This document shows, piece by piece, positions 39,301-48,779 of a stretch of DNA of 64,000 nt. Both the position numbers and the translations under genes were made by a program. Position 1 is the stretch's first letter; each line of letters starts with the position of its first letter. The stretch comes from Sedimentisphaerales bacterium (GTDB lineage: Bacteria; Planctomycetota; Phycisphaerae; Sedimentisphaerales; Anaerobacaceae), in contig OY970194.1 of the NCBI GenBank assembly GCA_963708075.1, positions 224,001-288,000 of the forward strand, read 5' to 3'. The notes below the pieces were generated by a model. That model did no database searches and was not told the DNA's origin. It saw only the letters and a program-made list of their open reading frames with translations.

Positions 39301-39600
39301 CGTCTGGTCGCTGTACTCCGTCACGAGCTTCTGGAAAGCGGCCCGGGCCTCCGGCTCGTTCTTCTTCTTGAGCTGGCACGAGCCCTGTCGATACAAGGCC
39401 TGGGCCACGAGATTCCTCGGGGCGGAGCTGTCGAGGATGATCTGCTGATAGATCCCGATAGCTGCATCGAGATTGCCCTCGACCTCCTCGGCGTAGAGCC
39501 CCTCGCGGAGCAGCTCCGCCGCCGATTTCGCGTGCACCGCCGGGGCCAACAGGCCCGCCAGCAGCACCGCAACGGTGAACAGGGTCATGTGCTTTGCCAT
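36349..39600 (-). CDS. Large secreted protein: TPR-like N-terminus, CBM9-like sugar-binding domain, C-terminal LamG domain
   Basis: Signal peptide; WDKQALYLLVDVIDD...DSVEVFIDADN...IGFDVHVNDDD; LVAWWKLDE...WHHIAGAYDG...GLIDDLRIYN. Confidence 0.8.
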   Translation of the reverse strand: MAKHMTLFTVAVLLAGLLAPAVHAKSAAELLREGLYAEEVEGNLDAAIGIYQQIILDSSAPRNLVAQALYRQGSCQLKKKNEPEARAAFQKLVTEYSDQTELVEKVKPMLEELGNADPANLMPPEVLVYLEIGTPGRQVETILNMLKGTPLENPLNALNMGKDPGQTGEHNGQAPASGGGGPAEMVGKILNPAMLAELKKIRGLGIGLTDISQNNPPAIIVLFPGRSDALRGLLTMGISMLGQGSTPMEGMTTVKFADGGGAAYDDMVFIVVSPSPKATEMLEWSIKQYKGSARQPSLGSANASFVRISKQARQQNALTLWVNVGETYQRLSKVMPADQIPQQLRMANDMVNFKNVDDLIATFSLRETGAALEANVNFKDGSQSMAYNLIRTPNLNKAALKAVPADAIALVSLTLGGADTPQAQAAGGQIQKATGLDIGSQIFGNIEQVSLFLVPGKAATTTTTEWGGIPPIVQSIGLAVTSREPQKTQQLLMTLLTTANLIAPDAQQEVPASGQYEIALANQMKLIGYTDDSTKTMVLSLSPQVVGSSVTALKQDSSVVNSGKLQDAIATLSPKTSKLVAINVAGALGLAAQNVHFPSEEAAAKAQQSIKELIKATDKTTIRLLTSEEPNSFGIRLSVSDLPPMNQIVGAIGQLAQMIAEAKESVVAATAKAQMALSVPQASQPLTLKDEKEWAALPSQAIEHVAYNAPSSPEDLSASFKTAWDKQALYLLVDVIDDKPIDDSVEFWLDDSVEVFIDADNSKSTVYEDNDYQYHFSWEGSRFTAASSQGESRHNKMEGVETTATPTDKGYRFLIKFPWSTLGVTARTGTRIGFDVHVNDDDDGGDRDTKLMWHTENDIAWQQPNALGTIELAGLVAWWKLDESEGRTAADASGNGNEATVQGNPDWQPAGGKLGGAIDLGGDGDFLDVANESAFDFTSGVTIAAWIKADALDKPWQAIVTKGDNAWRIQRNNETDMLEFACTGVRIPSGSPYGSLFGTRSISLREWHHIAGAYDGKKMYVYVDGTLDTSQEASGPINENDALVQIGANTQMQDRFWNGLIDDLRIYNFGLPEAQVRQLYEGK

Positions 39601-39982
39601 AGCTGTGCTCCTTTCCGTAAAGGCATTCGCGGATACTTGGTTCCGTACCACTGTAATGTCCGTCCCGCGTGTTACAGTTTTGTTACCGCTTCATCCTTTT
39701 TTAGTGATTTTTCGAGAGAGGCTGGTAGCATGGGCCGGGTGGCTGGCAGTGGTCGGTGGCAACGCCGAAGGCCGGGTTCGTAGTGTGTCCGTAAGGGCAT
39801 ACAAGGGAACGCCTCACGGCGTCACTACGAGCGTGGTGCCGTGTCCACGCTTGCGTGGACATGGCCATCGTGAGAGAAACATGCTTACGCAAGCGTAAGC
39901 ATGGTGCCCAGCATTATGTCTCGGACGAAGCACCGACAACTGGGAACTGTCAACCGACAACCGGGTCCCGGGAGTTTCATTT

Positions 39983-41557
39983 GTGGAATTGAGTGCTCTT
40001 GATTATGGTGTGTTCGCCCTGTACTGCGTGGCCGTGCTGGCCGTGGGGTGGTGGGTGGCGCGGAAGGAGAAGACGTCGCAGGACTATTTCCTGGCGGGAC
40101 GCCGCCTGCCGTGGTATGCCATCGGCTTCTCGCTGATCGCCACGAGTATTTCCACGGAGCAGTTCATCGGCGAGGTCGGATTCGCCTACCGTCACGGGCT
40201 GGCCGTGGCGAACTGGGAGTGGGGGGTGTTCCCGGCGATGACCGTGATGATCCTGTTTTTTGTCCCGTTCTATGTACGCCGACAGATCAGCACGATGCCC
40301 GAGTGGCTGGAGCACCGCTTCGGCCCGTCCACCCGGCTCACCCTCGCCGTCATCATGGTGCTGTCATATGTCTTCATCAACCTCGCCGGGGTGCTGTACG
40401 CCGGCGGCCTGGCGCTGCACGCGATCTTCGGCGTCAATCTCTGGTGGGCGATCATCATGCTGGCTGTGGTGACAGCGGTGTACACGGTGATGGGCGGCTT
40501 GCCCGCCGTCGTCTGGAACGACGTGATCCAGGCGGTGCTCTTGCTGGCGGCGGGGTTGCTCGTCTTCTTCCTCGGCCTGCACGAAGTGGGAGGCTGGGAG
40601 GCCATGCGCGGCACGGGCGACCGGGCCCACCTGATGCTCCCCGCCAGCCATCGCGAACTGCCCTGGACCGGCATCCTCGTGGGCATGGTCTCGACGAACC
40701 TGTGGTACTACGCAACGAACCAGTACATCAATCAGCGGGTCCTGGGCGCTCGCAACGAATGGCACGCCCGGGCCGGGGTGATCTTCGCAGGTTTCCTCGG
40801 CCTGTTCCTGGCGTTGTCCGTATGCTTCCCGGGCCTGATCGCGTACCGGCTGTTCCCAAACCTGGAGAACCCCGATGAAGCGTATCCAAGAGTCGTCAGC
40901 CATTTGGTCGGCCCGCTCGGCTACGGTCTTCGCGGCCTGGTCTTCGCCGGGCTGATCGGGGCCATCATGTCCACGCTCGATGCCCTGATGAACTCGTGCG
41001 CGACCATCCTGTCGATCGACTTCTACCAGCGGTTGTGGAACCCGTCGGCGAGCGACCGCCAGATGATCCGGATCGGTCGCATCACGACGCTGGCTGTGCT
41101 CGTGGTGGGGGGCCTTTGGACCCCGGTCGTCAGCCAGTGGAAAACCCTGTTCGGCTATTTCCAGGAATGCTGGTTCTTCATGGCTGTGCCGATTGTCGTC
41201 GTCTTCGTCTCGGCCCTGCTCTGGCCTCGCTCCAACAACTTCTCCGCCACCGCGACGCTGCTGCTGTGCATCCCCATGACCCTGCTACCTGCTGTGCTGC
41301 AGGCCCTGCACCTGGAGGTCAACTCCTTCAACCTGGCCGGCATCCTGCTCGCCCCGGTGATCGCGTTCCATATTGTGACAGCCTATCTCCGGCCCGCCCC
41401 GTCCGCGAGCGTGGCAGAAAGATGGATCTGGAAACCGCACCTGTTCTTCCTGCCACCTCAGGAGAGGTCTGCCTCCCGGCCCTGGTACATGAACCTCATC
41501 CTGTGGTGGTCCCTCGTCGCGGCCGCCTACATCACGCTCTATGCTCTCTTCTGGTGA
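39983..41557 (+). CDS. Sodium:solute symporter (SSS family, sugar-type)
   Basis: DYFLAGRRLPW, SISTEQFIG, NQYINQRVLGA, AIMSTLD; many TM helices. Confidence 0.93.
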   Translation: MELSALDYGVFALYCVAVLAVGWWVARKEKTSQDYFLAGRRLPWYAIGFSLIATSISTEQFIGEVGFAYRHGLAVANWEWGVFPAMTVMILFFVPFYVRRQISTMPEWLEHRFGPSTRLTLAVIMVLSYVFINLAGVLYAGGLALHAIFGVNLWWAIIMLAVVTAVYTVMGGLPAVVWNDVIQAVLLLAAGLLVFFLGLHEVGGWEAMRGTGDRAHLMLPASHRELPWTGILVGMVSTNLWYYATNQYINQRVLGARNEWHARAGVIFAGFLGLFLALSVCFPGLIAYRLFPNLENPDEAYPRVVSHLVGPLGYGLRGLVFAGLIGAIMSTLDALMNSCATILSIDFYQRLWNPSASDRQMIRIGRITTLAVLVVGGLWTPVVSQWKTLFGYFQECWFFMAVPIVVVFVSALLWPRSNNFSATATLLLCIPMTLLPAVLQALHLEVNSFNLAGILLAPVIAFHIVTAYLRPAPSASVAERWIWKPHLFFLPPQERSASRPWYMNLILWWSLVAAAYITLYALFW

Positions 41558-41957
41558 AAGCGACTGCTGCTTCGAGTTCCACTCTGAAGGGTGCGGTCGG
41601 AATAGGTGGCAATCGGTGAGCCTCTTCGTAGGTCGTGCGTCCCCGCACGACCATTCCGGGCCCTTGCGGTGGACCGGATACTATACAAGGCCACAGCCCA
41701 GGAGGGACGAGCGAGGACGCTCGTCCTACGCGGAGCCCGAATTCGCCACTGAATGCCAACCGCACCCACTCTGAACACGTGCGGTCCTGGATATTGACGA
41801 GGCGGCATCACGCGTTACAATGCATGGTGGCAAGTAAAAGATGCAGGATCAACTACCAGGATGCAGGGCCACGGGGGTTCTGCCCGATTGGCAAAGGACA
41901 TCGTTGGTTGAACACAAAGACCGGAAATTGCTGTCGTTTCAAGAGGAGAAGTGAGCC

Positions 41958-42671
41958 GTGAGCCTCTTTGCGCGTCTGTCGGCAGTCAGTCGGAAAAGGA
42001 AACTGGAGCTCTTTCACGAGACCATGCGACCCGCGCCATCGATGCGTGTACTCGACCTGGGAGCGGAAATCGAATCTGCCGGCGACGATTGCTGTAAGTT
42101 CATGGACCAGTATCCGTGGAAGCGCATGATCACGGCGGCAAATATCGATCCGAGACACGTGGAGAAGATCGCCCGGCGGTACCCCGAGGTGGAGGCCGTC
42201 GTGGCGGATGCCCGCAGCCTTCCCTGGCCGGACAAGCACTTCGACATTGTCTACAGTAACGCCGTGATAGAGCACGTGGGCACGTTCGAGGATCAGAAGC
42301 GGATGGCCTCTGAGGTCATGCGAGTCGGCAAGCGATGGTTCATCACCACGCCGAATCGCTGGTATCCATTCGAATTCCATCTGCGTCTGCCCTTCGTGAC
42401 CTGGCTGCCGGGGGATGCCTACCTCAGGTGCGGCAGAATCATACGCTATAACCATGTCCGCAAACGATACGTCACGGGCGCGGATTGCTCGGGCATTCGG
42501 TTGATGACCGCGGGGGAATTGATGAGGTGCTTTTCCGGCGGCCGGGTGATCAAGCAGCGCGTGACATTCATGGCGGAGACGTTGATTGCCGTCGGCGAGC
42601 TGGAGGCGGGGAAGGACTCTGGGGCATGTGCCGTGCAAACGGAATCCCAGGGACGCCCGGCGTCCCTCTGA
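41958..42671 (+). CDS. Class I SAM-dependent methyltransferase
   Basis: VLDLGA, DARSLPWPDKHFDIVYSNAVIEHV, TPNRWYPFEFH. Confidence 0.88.
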   Translation: MSLFARLSAVSRKRKLELFHETMRPAPSMRVLDLGAEIESAGDDCCKFMDQYPWKRMITAANIDPRHVEKIARRYPEVEAVVADARSLPWPDKHFDIVYSNAVIEHVGTFEDQKRMASEVMRVGKRWFITTPNRWYPFEFHLRLPFVTWLPGDAYLRCGRIIRYNHVRKRYVTGADCSGIRLMTAGELMRCFSGGRVIKQRVTFMAETLIAVGELEAGKDSGACAVQTESQGRPASL

Positions 42672-42717
42672 GCCGACACGCTCTGGCTCGGACTGATGTT
42701 CGTGCCGGGCACGGGGG

Positions 42718-43716
42718 TCAGTGCAGGTATCTCTTGCGGTAGCTCAGGAGCAGACCCGCGAACGACAGCAGGAACATGACGGCCAGGACTCCGATGAAAG
42801 CCTGCCTGCCTTTGGCGACTTCCAGAGCCTGGATCATGTTGCAGGTTTCCTGCGTGAGATCGGCGCTGGTCTTGATAGTGGAGGCGGCTTCGTTGATTTC
42901 TCTCATGTTGAAGCTGTGGAAGCTCTGACGTAACTGGGAGAGCGTCTCGCGGCTGTGGCCGTACATTTTTTTCATCGCCAGGTTCCTGTAGCCGTACGTC
43001 TCCAACTTGTTGTATTGCTCCGAGGCGTTCTTCAATTGAGTTTCGGCGTTCGTGAGGATGGCGTGGATCTGCGAGACGGTTTCCATGGTCGCCGCCCGAT
43101 GGCATACGGCGCAGCGGCCGCCCTGCGTGTGGGACTTCAGGTCGATGATGTCCACGCCGGCTTCCTGGATGGCGTGGGAACCCTGGCCATGACAGTACAG
43201 GCACGTCGGGTTGCCGAGGTCCCCGTGAGGCGAGCCCAGGTGTTTCTCCTTGATCAGGGAGTGGCATTTGCCGCAAAAATAGCTGACGCTGCGTCCCCGT
43301 ACAGCACTGGTAAACTGCTCGTCGGGCCGGTTCACCAGCGATAGCTCCCTGCTTCGCTGCTGGTGCGAGCGATTCTTGAACGCTTCGTCGCTGCTGCATT
43401 GCTCCCGCTTGACGGAGGGATCACCGCCGTGACAGCCGTCGCAAGCGACGCTGTTGCGGAAGTGGACACTCTGTCCCCACTCCTGCACGACGGCGCCGAG
43501 CTTTCCCACCAGGTCGCGATGGCAGGACACGCATGCGTTGTCCTTGTATGAATCGGACGGGGATATGGCGGCAGCCTGTTCGGATGCGTTTGTAGTGACG
43601 CCGTGAGGCGTTTCCTCCGATGCCGTACGGGCGGGTTTCAAGCCCGCCCCTACAGTTCCGGGCACGCTGCAAACGGACAGAACGAAGGTGCAGGCAATCA
43701 ACAGTCTGGACATCAT
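42718..43716 (-). CDS. Pentaheme cytochrome c with C-terminal membrane anchor
   Basis: Signal peptide MMSRLLIAC; CVSCH, CDGCH, CGKCH, CLYCH, CAVCH; C-terminal TM helix. Confidence 0.85.
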   Translation of the reverse strand: MMSRLLIACTFVLSVCSVPGTVGAGLKPARTASEETPHGVTTNASEQAAAISPSDSYKDNACVSCHRDLVGKLGAVVQEWGQSVHFRNSVACDGCHGGDPSVKREQCSSDEAFKNRSHQQRSRELSLVNRPDEQFTSAVRGRSVSYFCGKCHSLIKEKHLGSPHGDLGNPTCLYCHGQGSHAIQEAGVDIIDLKSHTQGGRCAVCHRAATMETVSQIHAILTNAETQLKNASEQYNKLETYGYRNLAMKKMYGHSRETLSQLRQSFHSFNMREINEAASTIKTSADLTQETCNMIQALEVAKGRQAFIGVLAVMFLLSFAGLLLSYRKRYLH

Positions 43717-44742
43717 GGCAATCGATCCCTTTCTTCCGGACTCAGCGTGCGACGCACCGTGCGCCATTCGGTCACTACAAACGCATAGAAGATAGTGACG
43801 GCTAACGCCATGACGAACACGGTGAACAGGAATCTGCGGGTTCTCGTCGTGCGGCCCTCCGGAGAACAGTCCTCCCGGCGGCCACATCGCCCAGATCGTC
43901 AGACCGAGGAACAGGATCAGGCCCTCCGTCGTCACGGCCGCCATCAGTTTCACCCGCAGGCTCTGGTCGGTCCCCGCGATGCGCCGCAGCAACACCCACA
44001 GGATGAAGATCGAGGAAACCAGGAAAAGGCCCAGACCGATACCGTAGGCGAGGAGAGGGCTGATGCTCCACGAGAGCCCCTGTCCGAGCACGACGAGAAA
44101 CGCCATGGCCTGCAAGCCCATGAGGATCAGGCCGGTGTTGAGCAGAAGCAGCCATTTGAAGGCGTCGCCGAAGCCAGCCTTCTTCATCACGATCCCGGCC
44201 AGAACGTATCCGGCAATCCACACGACCGGCCAGACGTACATCGGGTGCAGCAGGTCGGCAAGGGGCATTGCCATGCGACTTCGCACCCATAGCAGCATCC
44301 CTGCCGGGATGGCAAACGCCACCCATTGAATGGCGAGGGTCATGACTCCGGCTCGCCAGTCATCCCTGCCCACTTGAGCGGATCGCAGGGGAGCCCAAAA
44401 CGGAAAGAGGAACAACAGCCCGACCACGATCATCTGTGTGAGGATTCCCAGGGCTTTGCCGCTGATGCCCAGGACTTCCGACGGCATCAGCTTGAGATAC
44501 TGGTAGACGGCCAGGAAGTACCACTCCGGCCGGATGTGCGGCGGCGTGCTCCCGGGATCGGCCGGCTCCTGCTCGTGCGCGAGGCCCTCGACCCCCAAGT
44601 GCTCCAGGAAAACCGGCAAGATGGCCAGGAATGTCAGCAGGGCGAGCGTGCAGAGCACGACGATGATCATCTTGACGATCTCGTTCGGGAAGAACGGCTC
44701 TAAGTGCTCGGGTTTATACTGTTCTCGGTAATCGACACCCAT
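43713..44742 (-). CDS. Cytochrome b6f subunit IV-like protein with extra TM helices; apparent 1-nt frameshift near 43843
   Basis: PFFPN, PAD..TPPHIRPEWYFL; the shifted frame gives the TM segment RRFLFTVFVMALAVTIFYAFVV and ends in an ATGA overlap. Confidence 0.8.
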
Positions 44743-44767
44743 TTGCAAATCTCCCTGGAATCCGGCG

Positions 44768-45439
44768 TCACAAAGGCCGGGAAATCCCGGTCCGTCGAAT
44801 CATCAGAAAATGCATGACCATCACGAGGGCGGAGATTGCGGGCAGGACCCAGATGTGCATGGCAAAGAAAAAGCCCAGAGTCTCTCCGCTGATCGATTGT
44901 CCTCTTCGAATCAATACGACGATGTACTCCCCGAGCAGCGGGACTGCCGAAGGGATCTCGGTCCCTACCTTGGCACCCCAGTAGGAAAGCTGCGTCCATG
45001 GCAGCAGGTAGCCTGTGAACGCCAGCATTGTCGTGGTGAGCATCAAGACCGCGCCGCTGATCCAGTGGAACTCCCGCGGCCTGCGGAAAATCCGCAGGTA
45101 AGCTACGCGCGCCATGTGCAGGAAGACCAGGGCGATCATGAAGTTGGCGCCCACGGAATGAATCCGCTGGATCAGCCATCCCATCGGCACGTTGCTCTTG
45201 ATGAACGTCACGCTGTCCCAGGCTCGCTCCGAGTCCGACTTGTAGTACATCAGCAGGAGAATGCCGGTGAAGATCTGGATCAGGAAGATCAGGAAGGCCA
45301 GCCCCCCGAAACATCCCGCCCAGCTCAACGTCTTTGGGACTCGCTTGCGGGTCAGGTTCTGCTCGATCACGGGCGTCAAATGGAATCGATCATCCACTTC
45401 GCCCATGATCGCTTCTGTCAATTTGGCTATTCTACTCAT
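44768..45439 (-). CDS. Cytochrome b6-type (split cytochrome b, N-terminal part)
   Basis: CFGG (heme ci Cys), QIFTGILL, IHSVGAN..LHMAR, GYLLPW, MHIWVLP...MHF. Confidence 0.92.
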   Translation of the reverse strand: MSRIAKLTEAIMGEVDDRFHLTPVIEQNLTRKRVPKTLSWAGCFGGLAFLIFLIQIFTGILLLMYYKSDSERAWDSVTFIKSNVPMGWLIQRIHSVGANFMIALVFLHMARVAYLRIFRRPREFHWISGAVLMLTTTMLAFTGYLLPWTQLSYWGAKVGTEIPSAVPLLGEYIVVLIRRGQSISGETLGFFFAMHIWVLPAISALVMVMHFLMIRRTGISRPL

Positions 45440-45445
45440 GGCAAC

Positions 45446-45934
45446 CTACGCAATCACAAGGACGCCTTTGGCGATCTCGAATTTGACTTTCCTCAGAGGC
45501 ATGTTGACGGGGCCTTTGACCACCGCCCCCTGGTCGTCGAAGACCGCGCCGTGGCAGGGACAGTGAAACACGTGTTGGTTCTGGTCCCACGAAACCAGGC
45601 AACCCAGATGGGTACAGCCCGCATCGAACGCCTTGGGCTCTTGGTTCGTGTAGATCACGACGATCTGTACGCCCTCCCGCTCGAAGAACACGGCCTGATC
45701 TTCCTTCAGGTCGGCAAGAGGCACTTCGATGCTCTTGGCCGTGTTGATCCGCTTCGGCAGGCGCATGAACGAGAAAATTGGAAACGCCACGACGAGCCCG
45801 GCGACTCCGGCCATCATCGCAAAGCACGCATGGAAGAACCCCCGCCGGCTGGACTGCGACGAACCTCCCACACGCGAATTCCCTCTCGCCTCGCCGGCAG
45901 GCTCGGCGCCGTGATTACACGGGCAACTCGTCAT
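45446..45934 (-). CDS. Rieske 2Fe-2S subunit
   Basis: Tat motif SRRGFF; CTHLGC and CPCHG. Confidence 0.95.
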   Translation of the reverse strand: MTSCPCNHGAEPAGEARGNSRVGGSSQSSRRGFFHACFAMMAGVAGLVVAFPIFSFMRLPKRINTAKSIEVPLADLKEDQAVFFEREGVQIVVIYTNQEPKAFDAGCTHLGCLVSWDQNQHVFHCPCHGAVFDDQGAVVKGPVNMPLRKVKFEIAKGVLVIA

Positions 45935-45983
45935 ATCAAAGACCTTTCACTTGGATGTGGCGTTCTGCAAAACTCCGCTTAGA

Positions 45984-47060
45984 TCAATGCTGGTCCATTT
46001 CCAGCAACAGTTGTGCCGCTTTCTTGTAGTGCTCCAGGGCGCGGTCCTTCTCGCCCTGCGCCTCACAGACATTGCCCATCAGGTAATTGGCCTGCGGATG
46101 ATTTGGATGCGTGGTCAGGAGCCAGTTGAGCCGCCATTTCGCGGAGGCGATCTCCTCACCGCCTCGCCGGATTTCGACCGACGCCATCAGCAGGTTCGCT
46201 TCGATGTGGTCCTTATCCGCATCGAGCACCTTCTGCAGTTGTTCGCAGGTTTCGGGCAGCCGATTCAACTGGATGAAACACCGCGCCATGCCGATCCTCG
46301 CGGGCAGGTAACTGCCATCCAGCGTCAGCACTTCACGGTATCGCTCCAGGGCAAGCTCGGCGAAGCCCCTTCGCATCAGTTGCCCCGCCAGACCCGCCAG
46401 ACGACCGACCTTTGCAGCGGCCTCTTCCTTTTCCGAAGGCCCTTGGGACGCTGACCGGGACGACTCATACTCTTCCCGCGTCATGCGGCCGATGGAGAGC
46501 AGTACGGCGTCCTCCACGATATCGGAAAAAGCCAAAGGCAGGCCGGACAAGGCCAGGTTGATCTTGCCCTGCTTATCCACCACGACGACACTTGGCAGCA
46601 CGATGACCCCGTAATCGCCAAAGGCCTTCTGATCCTTGTCCAGCAGGATTTCCGTGCGAATCTTTTCCTTTGCGTCGAGTTGTGCCTTCTGTTCCTGGGT
46701 TGGAGCCTGCGAGACGATCAGGTACACGGGCACATCGATCTCGGTCAGGCCGATGGTCTTGTAGATCTTCTTCAACGCGATCAGTGCTTCCTGGGTCGGC
46801 TGGTGGTACGGCTCTCCGAAAATCAGCAGGACGGGTCGGTCGAGCGGTTCCAGGCTGACGTACTTCCCGGGCGGGATCATCGCCGGCAGGCGGAAGCCGG
46901 GGGCCTTGTCATACAGCTTGAGATGCGACACGGCGATGCTCGGTGCGGCTGTGCTCGCGATGAGAAGGGCAATCATAGCGGCGCGACGTGAGAAGGAGTT
47001 CCGAGGGCCTCGCATATTGAATTCTCCAAATCCCATGATGACTCGTCTCCTGCAAATCAC
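45984..47060 (-). CDS. Redoxin-fold plus TPR protein
   Basis: APGFRLP...YGVIVLPSVVVVDKQGKI; no CxxC; C-terminal TPR-like helices. Confidence 0.75.
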   Translation of the reverse strand: MICRRRVIMGFGEFNMRGPRNSFSRRAAMIALLIASTAAPSIAVSHLKLYDKAPGFRLPAMIPPGKYVSLEPLDRPVLLIFGEPYHQPTQEALIALKKIYKTIGLTEIDVPVYLIVSQAPTQEQKAQLDAKEKIRTEILLDKDQKAFGDYGVIVLPSVVVVDKQGKINLALSGLPLAFSDIVEDAVLLSIGRMTREEYESSRSASQGPSEKEEAAAKVGRLAGLAGQLMRRGFAELALERYREVLTLDGSYLPARIGMARCFIQLNRLPETCEQLQKVLDADKDHIEANLLMASVEIRRGGEEIASAKWRLNWLLTTHPNHPQANYLMGNVCEAQGEKDRALEHYKKAAQLLLEMDQH

Positions 47061-48403
47061 TCCGCCGGCTTCGCATTGCCCGCCGGCTGGGTCGCCGGGG
47101 GAGTGTCTGTCCGCTCATAGGACCTGGCCGCATGACAGGCGGGAGCGCACGTACCGCCGTTCGGCTTTGACTCGAACTTGATCTCATATTTCCAGTTCCC
47201 ATAGGGGACAACCTCGCTGATATGAGCGGGGCTCTTACTGGCGTGAACCGCATGACAGGCCCTGCAGGTCCGGCCCTTGCGAGGCTTGCTGACGTGGACG
47301 TAATGGAGATTGAGATCGCCGTTCCTGAACTGTGTCAATCCCCGACCCTGCTCGGTCGCGACCAGCTCGCTTCGGTGGCACGTGAAGCACAGCTTGTAGT
47401 CGTCAGGATTGAACGGGGCGTAGAACAACTCCGGATAGGTCTCCGTCAAGAGATTGGTATGGAGCGAGGCATGAGGGTTATGACAGGCCGAGCAGTCCGC
47501 CTGCCGGATCGGGCCGTGATGGTTGGGGTTCTCCTTCAGCAGAGCGGCCATGTTCGCCACGTTCTTCCCGTTCGGCCGAGGTATCTCCTCATTGTGGCAG
47601 CCCAGACACGTATCGAGCAGGGAGCTCTTCAGGAGGGTAGGCAGCGAGGAGGAGTGTCCGGCGTGGCAATTCCTGCACTCCTGTTTCTCGGTCACCGCGC
47701 CATGGACGACCGGGCTCTTCTCGATGAGTTGCCCAATGTCCTCATGGCAGGACACGCAGAACTTGCGGTCCTCGTCCCGCATTTGCTGAGGGAAGTCCGA
47801 GCCGTGCGGGTCGTGGCATTTGTCGCAATCACCGGTTGCCGGCGGGTGGACGTGGCGCGCCTGCTGGTCCCGGCGAATCTTGTCCTCGTGGCATGTCGCA
47901 CATAGCTCGTTTCCCTCGGCGATGAGCAATTTCGGCTTCCAGGAGGAGTGCGAATCGTGGCACAGGATGCAGGCGCCCATCGCGACGGGTCCATGCAAGT
48001 GCCGCTTGTTCATGAATGCGTCTTTGGCATGACAAGTCAGGCACAGGTCCTTCGATGGATCGGCCCGCAACAGCAGGTTGAAATCGCTTTGATGGGGATC
48101 GTGGCAATCGATGCAGCGGCCGTCCTTGACTGGCTGGTGAACGTGATTCTTGACCGTCAGAATGTGACACGCCAGGCACAGGGTCTCCCTGGGGTACCCC
48201 GGCTGGAATTCGTGTGCCCCGGGACGTGCCTGCGTATGACAGGGATTGCACATCCCCTTGGCCACCGGGTCATGGATCGTCGCCTTGACCTGTAGGTCGG
48301 CATGGCAGCCGAAATCGGTGCAGGTCTTGCCCTCCATCTCGGCCGGCGAGGGGGCCGCCCACACGCTTACGGAAAGCAGCAATAAGCCAACGGGTCCAAT
48401 CAT
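47057..48403 (-). CDS. Multiheme cytochrome c (13 CxxCH plus CX4CH and CX3CH)
   Basis: Motifs counted in the translation; repeated H.P...CxxCH.PH units; signal peptide. Confidence 0.92.
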   Translation of the reverse strand: MIGPVGLLLLSVSVWAAPSPAEMEGKTCTDFGCHADLQVKATIHDPVAKGMCNPCHTQARPGAHEFQPGYPRETLCLACHILTVKNHVHQPVKDGRCIDCHDPHQSDFNLLLRADPSKDLCLTCHAKDAFMNKRHLHGPVAMGACILCHDSHSSWKPKLLIAEGNELCATCHEDKIRRDQQARHVHPPATGDCDKCHDPHGSDFPQQMRDEDRKFCVSCHEDIGQLIEKSPVVHGAVTEKQECRNCHAGHSSSLPTLLKSSLLDTCLGCHNEEIPRPNGKNVANMAALLKENPNHHGPIRQADCSACHNPHASLHTNLLTETYPELFYAPFNPDDYKLCFTCHRSELVATEQGRGLTQFRNGDLNLHYVHVSKPRKGRTCRACHAVHASKSPAHISEVVPYGNWKYEIKFESKPNGGTCAPACHAARSYERTDTPPATQPAGNAKPAE

Positions 48404-48779
48404 GATCGGACTACCACAGCCTTCTCTTCGTCTCTGGCGTCCTGGATGCCAGCGTGTGACTCTACTTGCACACTATAACTATGGCTTTAGTAGGATATTG
48501 CCCCAAAACGAAAAAACTTCTCGGTTCTCCAAATTGATGATCAGTCGTTGGTGGGCCGTCCTACATGATGTAAGTACTTTTTTGAAAAGCACATACGAAT
48601 AAGTACCCCAGGTAAACCAGTCCGAGACCGATACTACCAGACAGTCCCAGAGTACACTCGATCCAGCTTAAAGTCAATACGCTTCCGCAAGATTCTTACC
48701 AAAAAGCACGGCCGGCTCAGGAACGGGGACAGATGCCAATCGCTCCGTGACGCAGGGCCATGGGTGTCGCTCGGATACG

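Noticed and set aside
37549..39783. 744-aa plus-strand ORF and similar long antisense ORFs (1887-3431, 17314-19065, 50987-52408)
   Set aside because: Shadow frames of well-supported genes in high-GC DNA, with no motifs.
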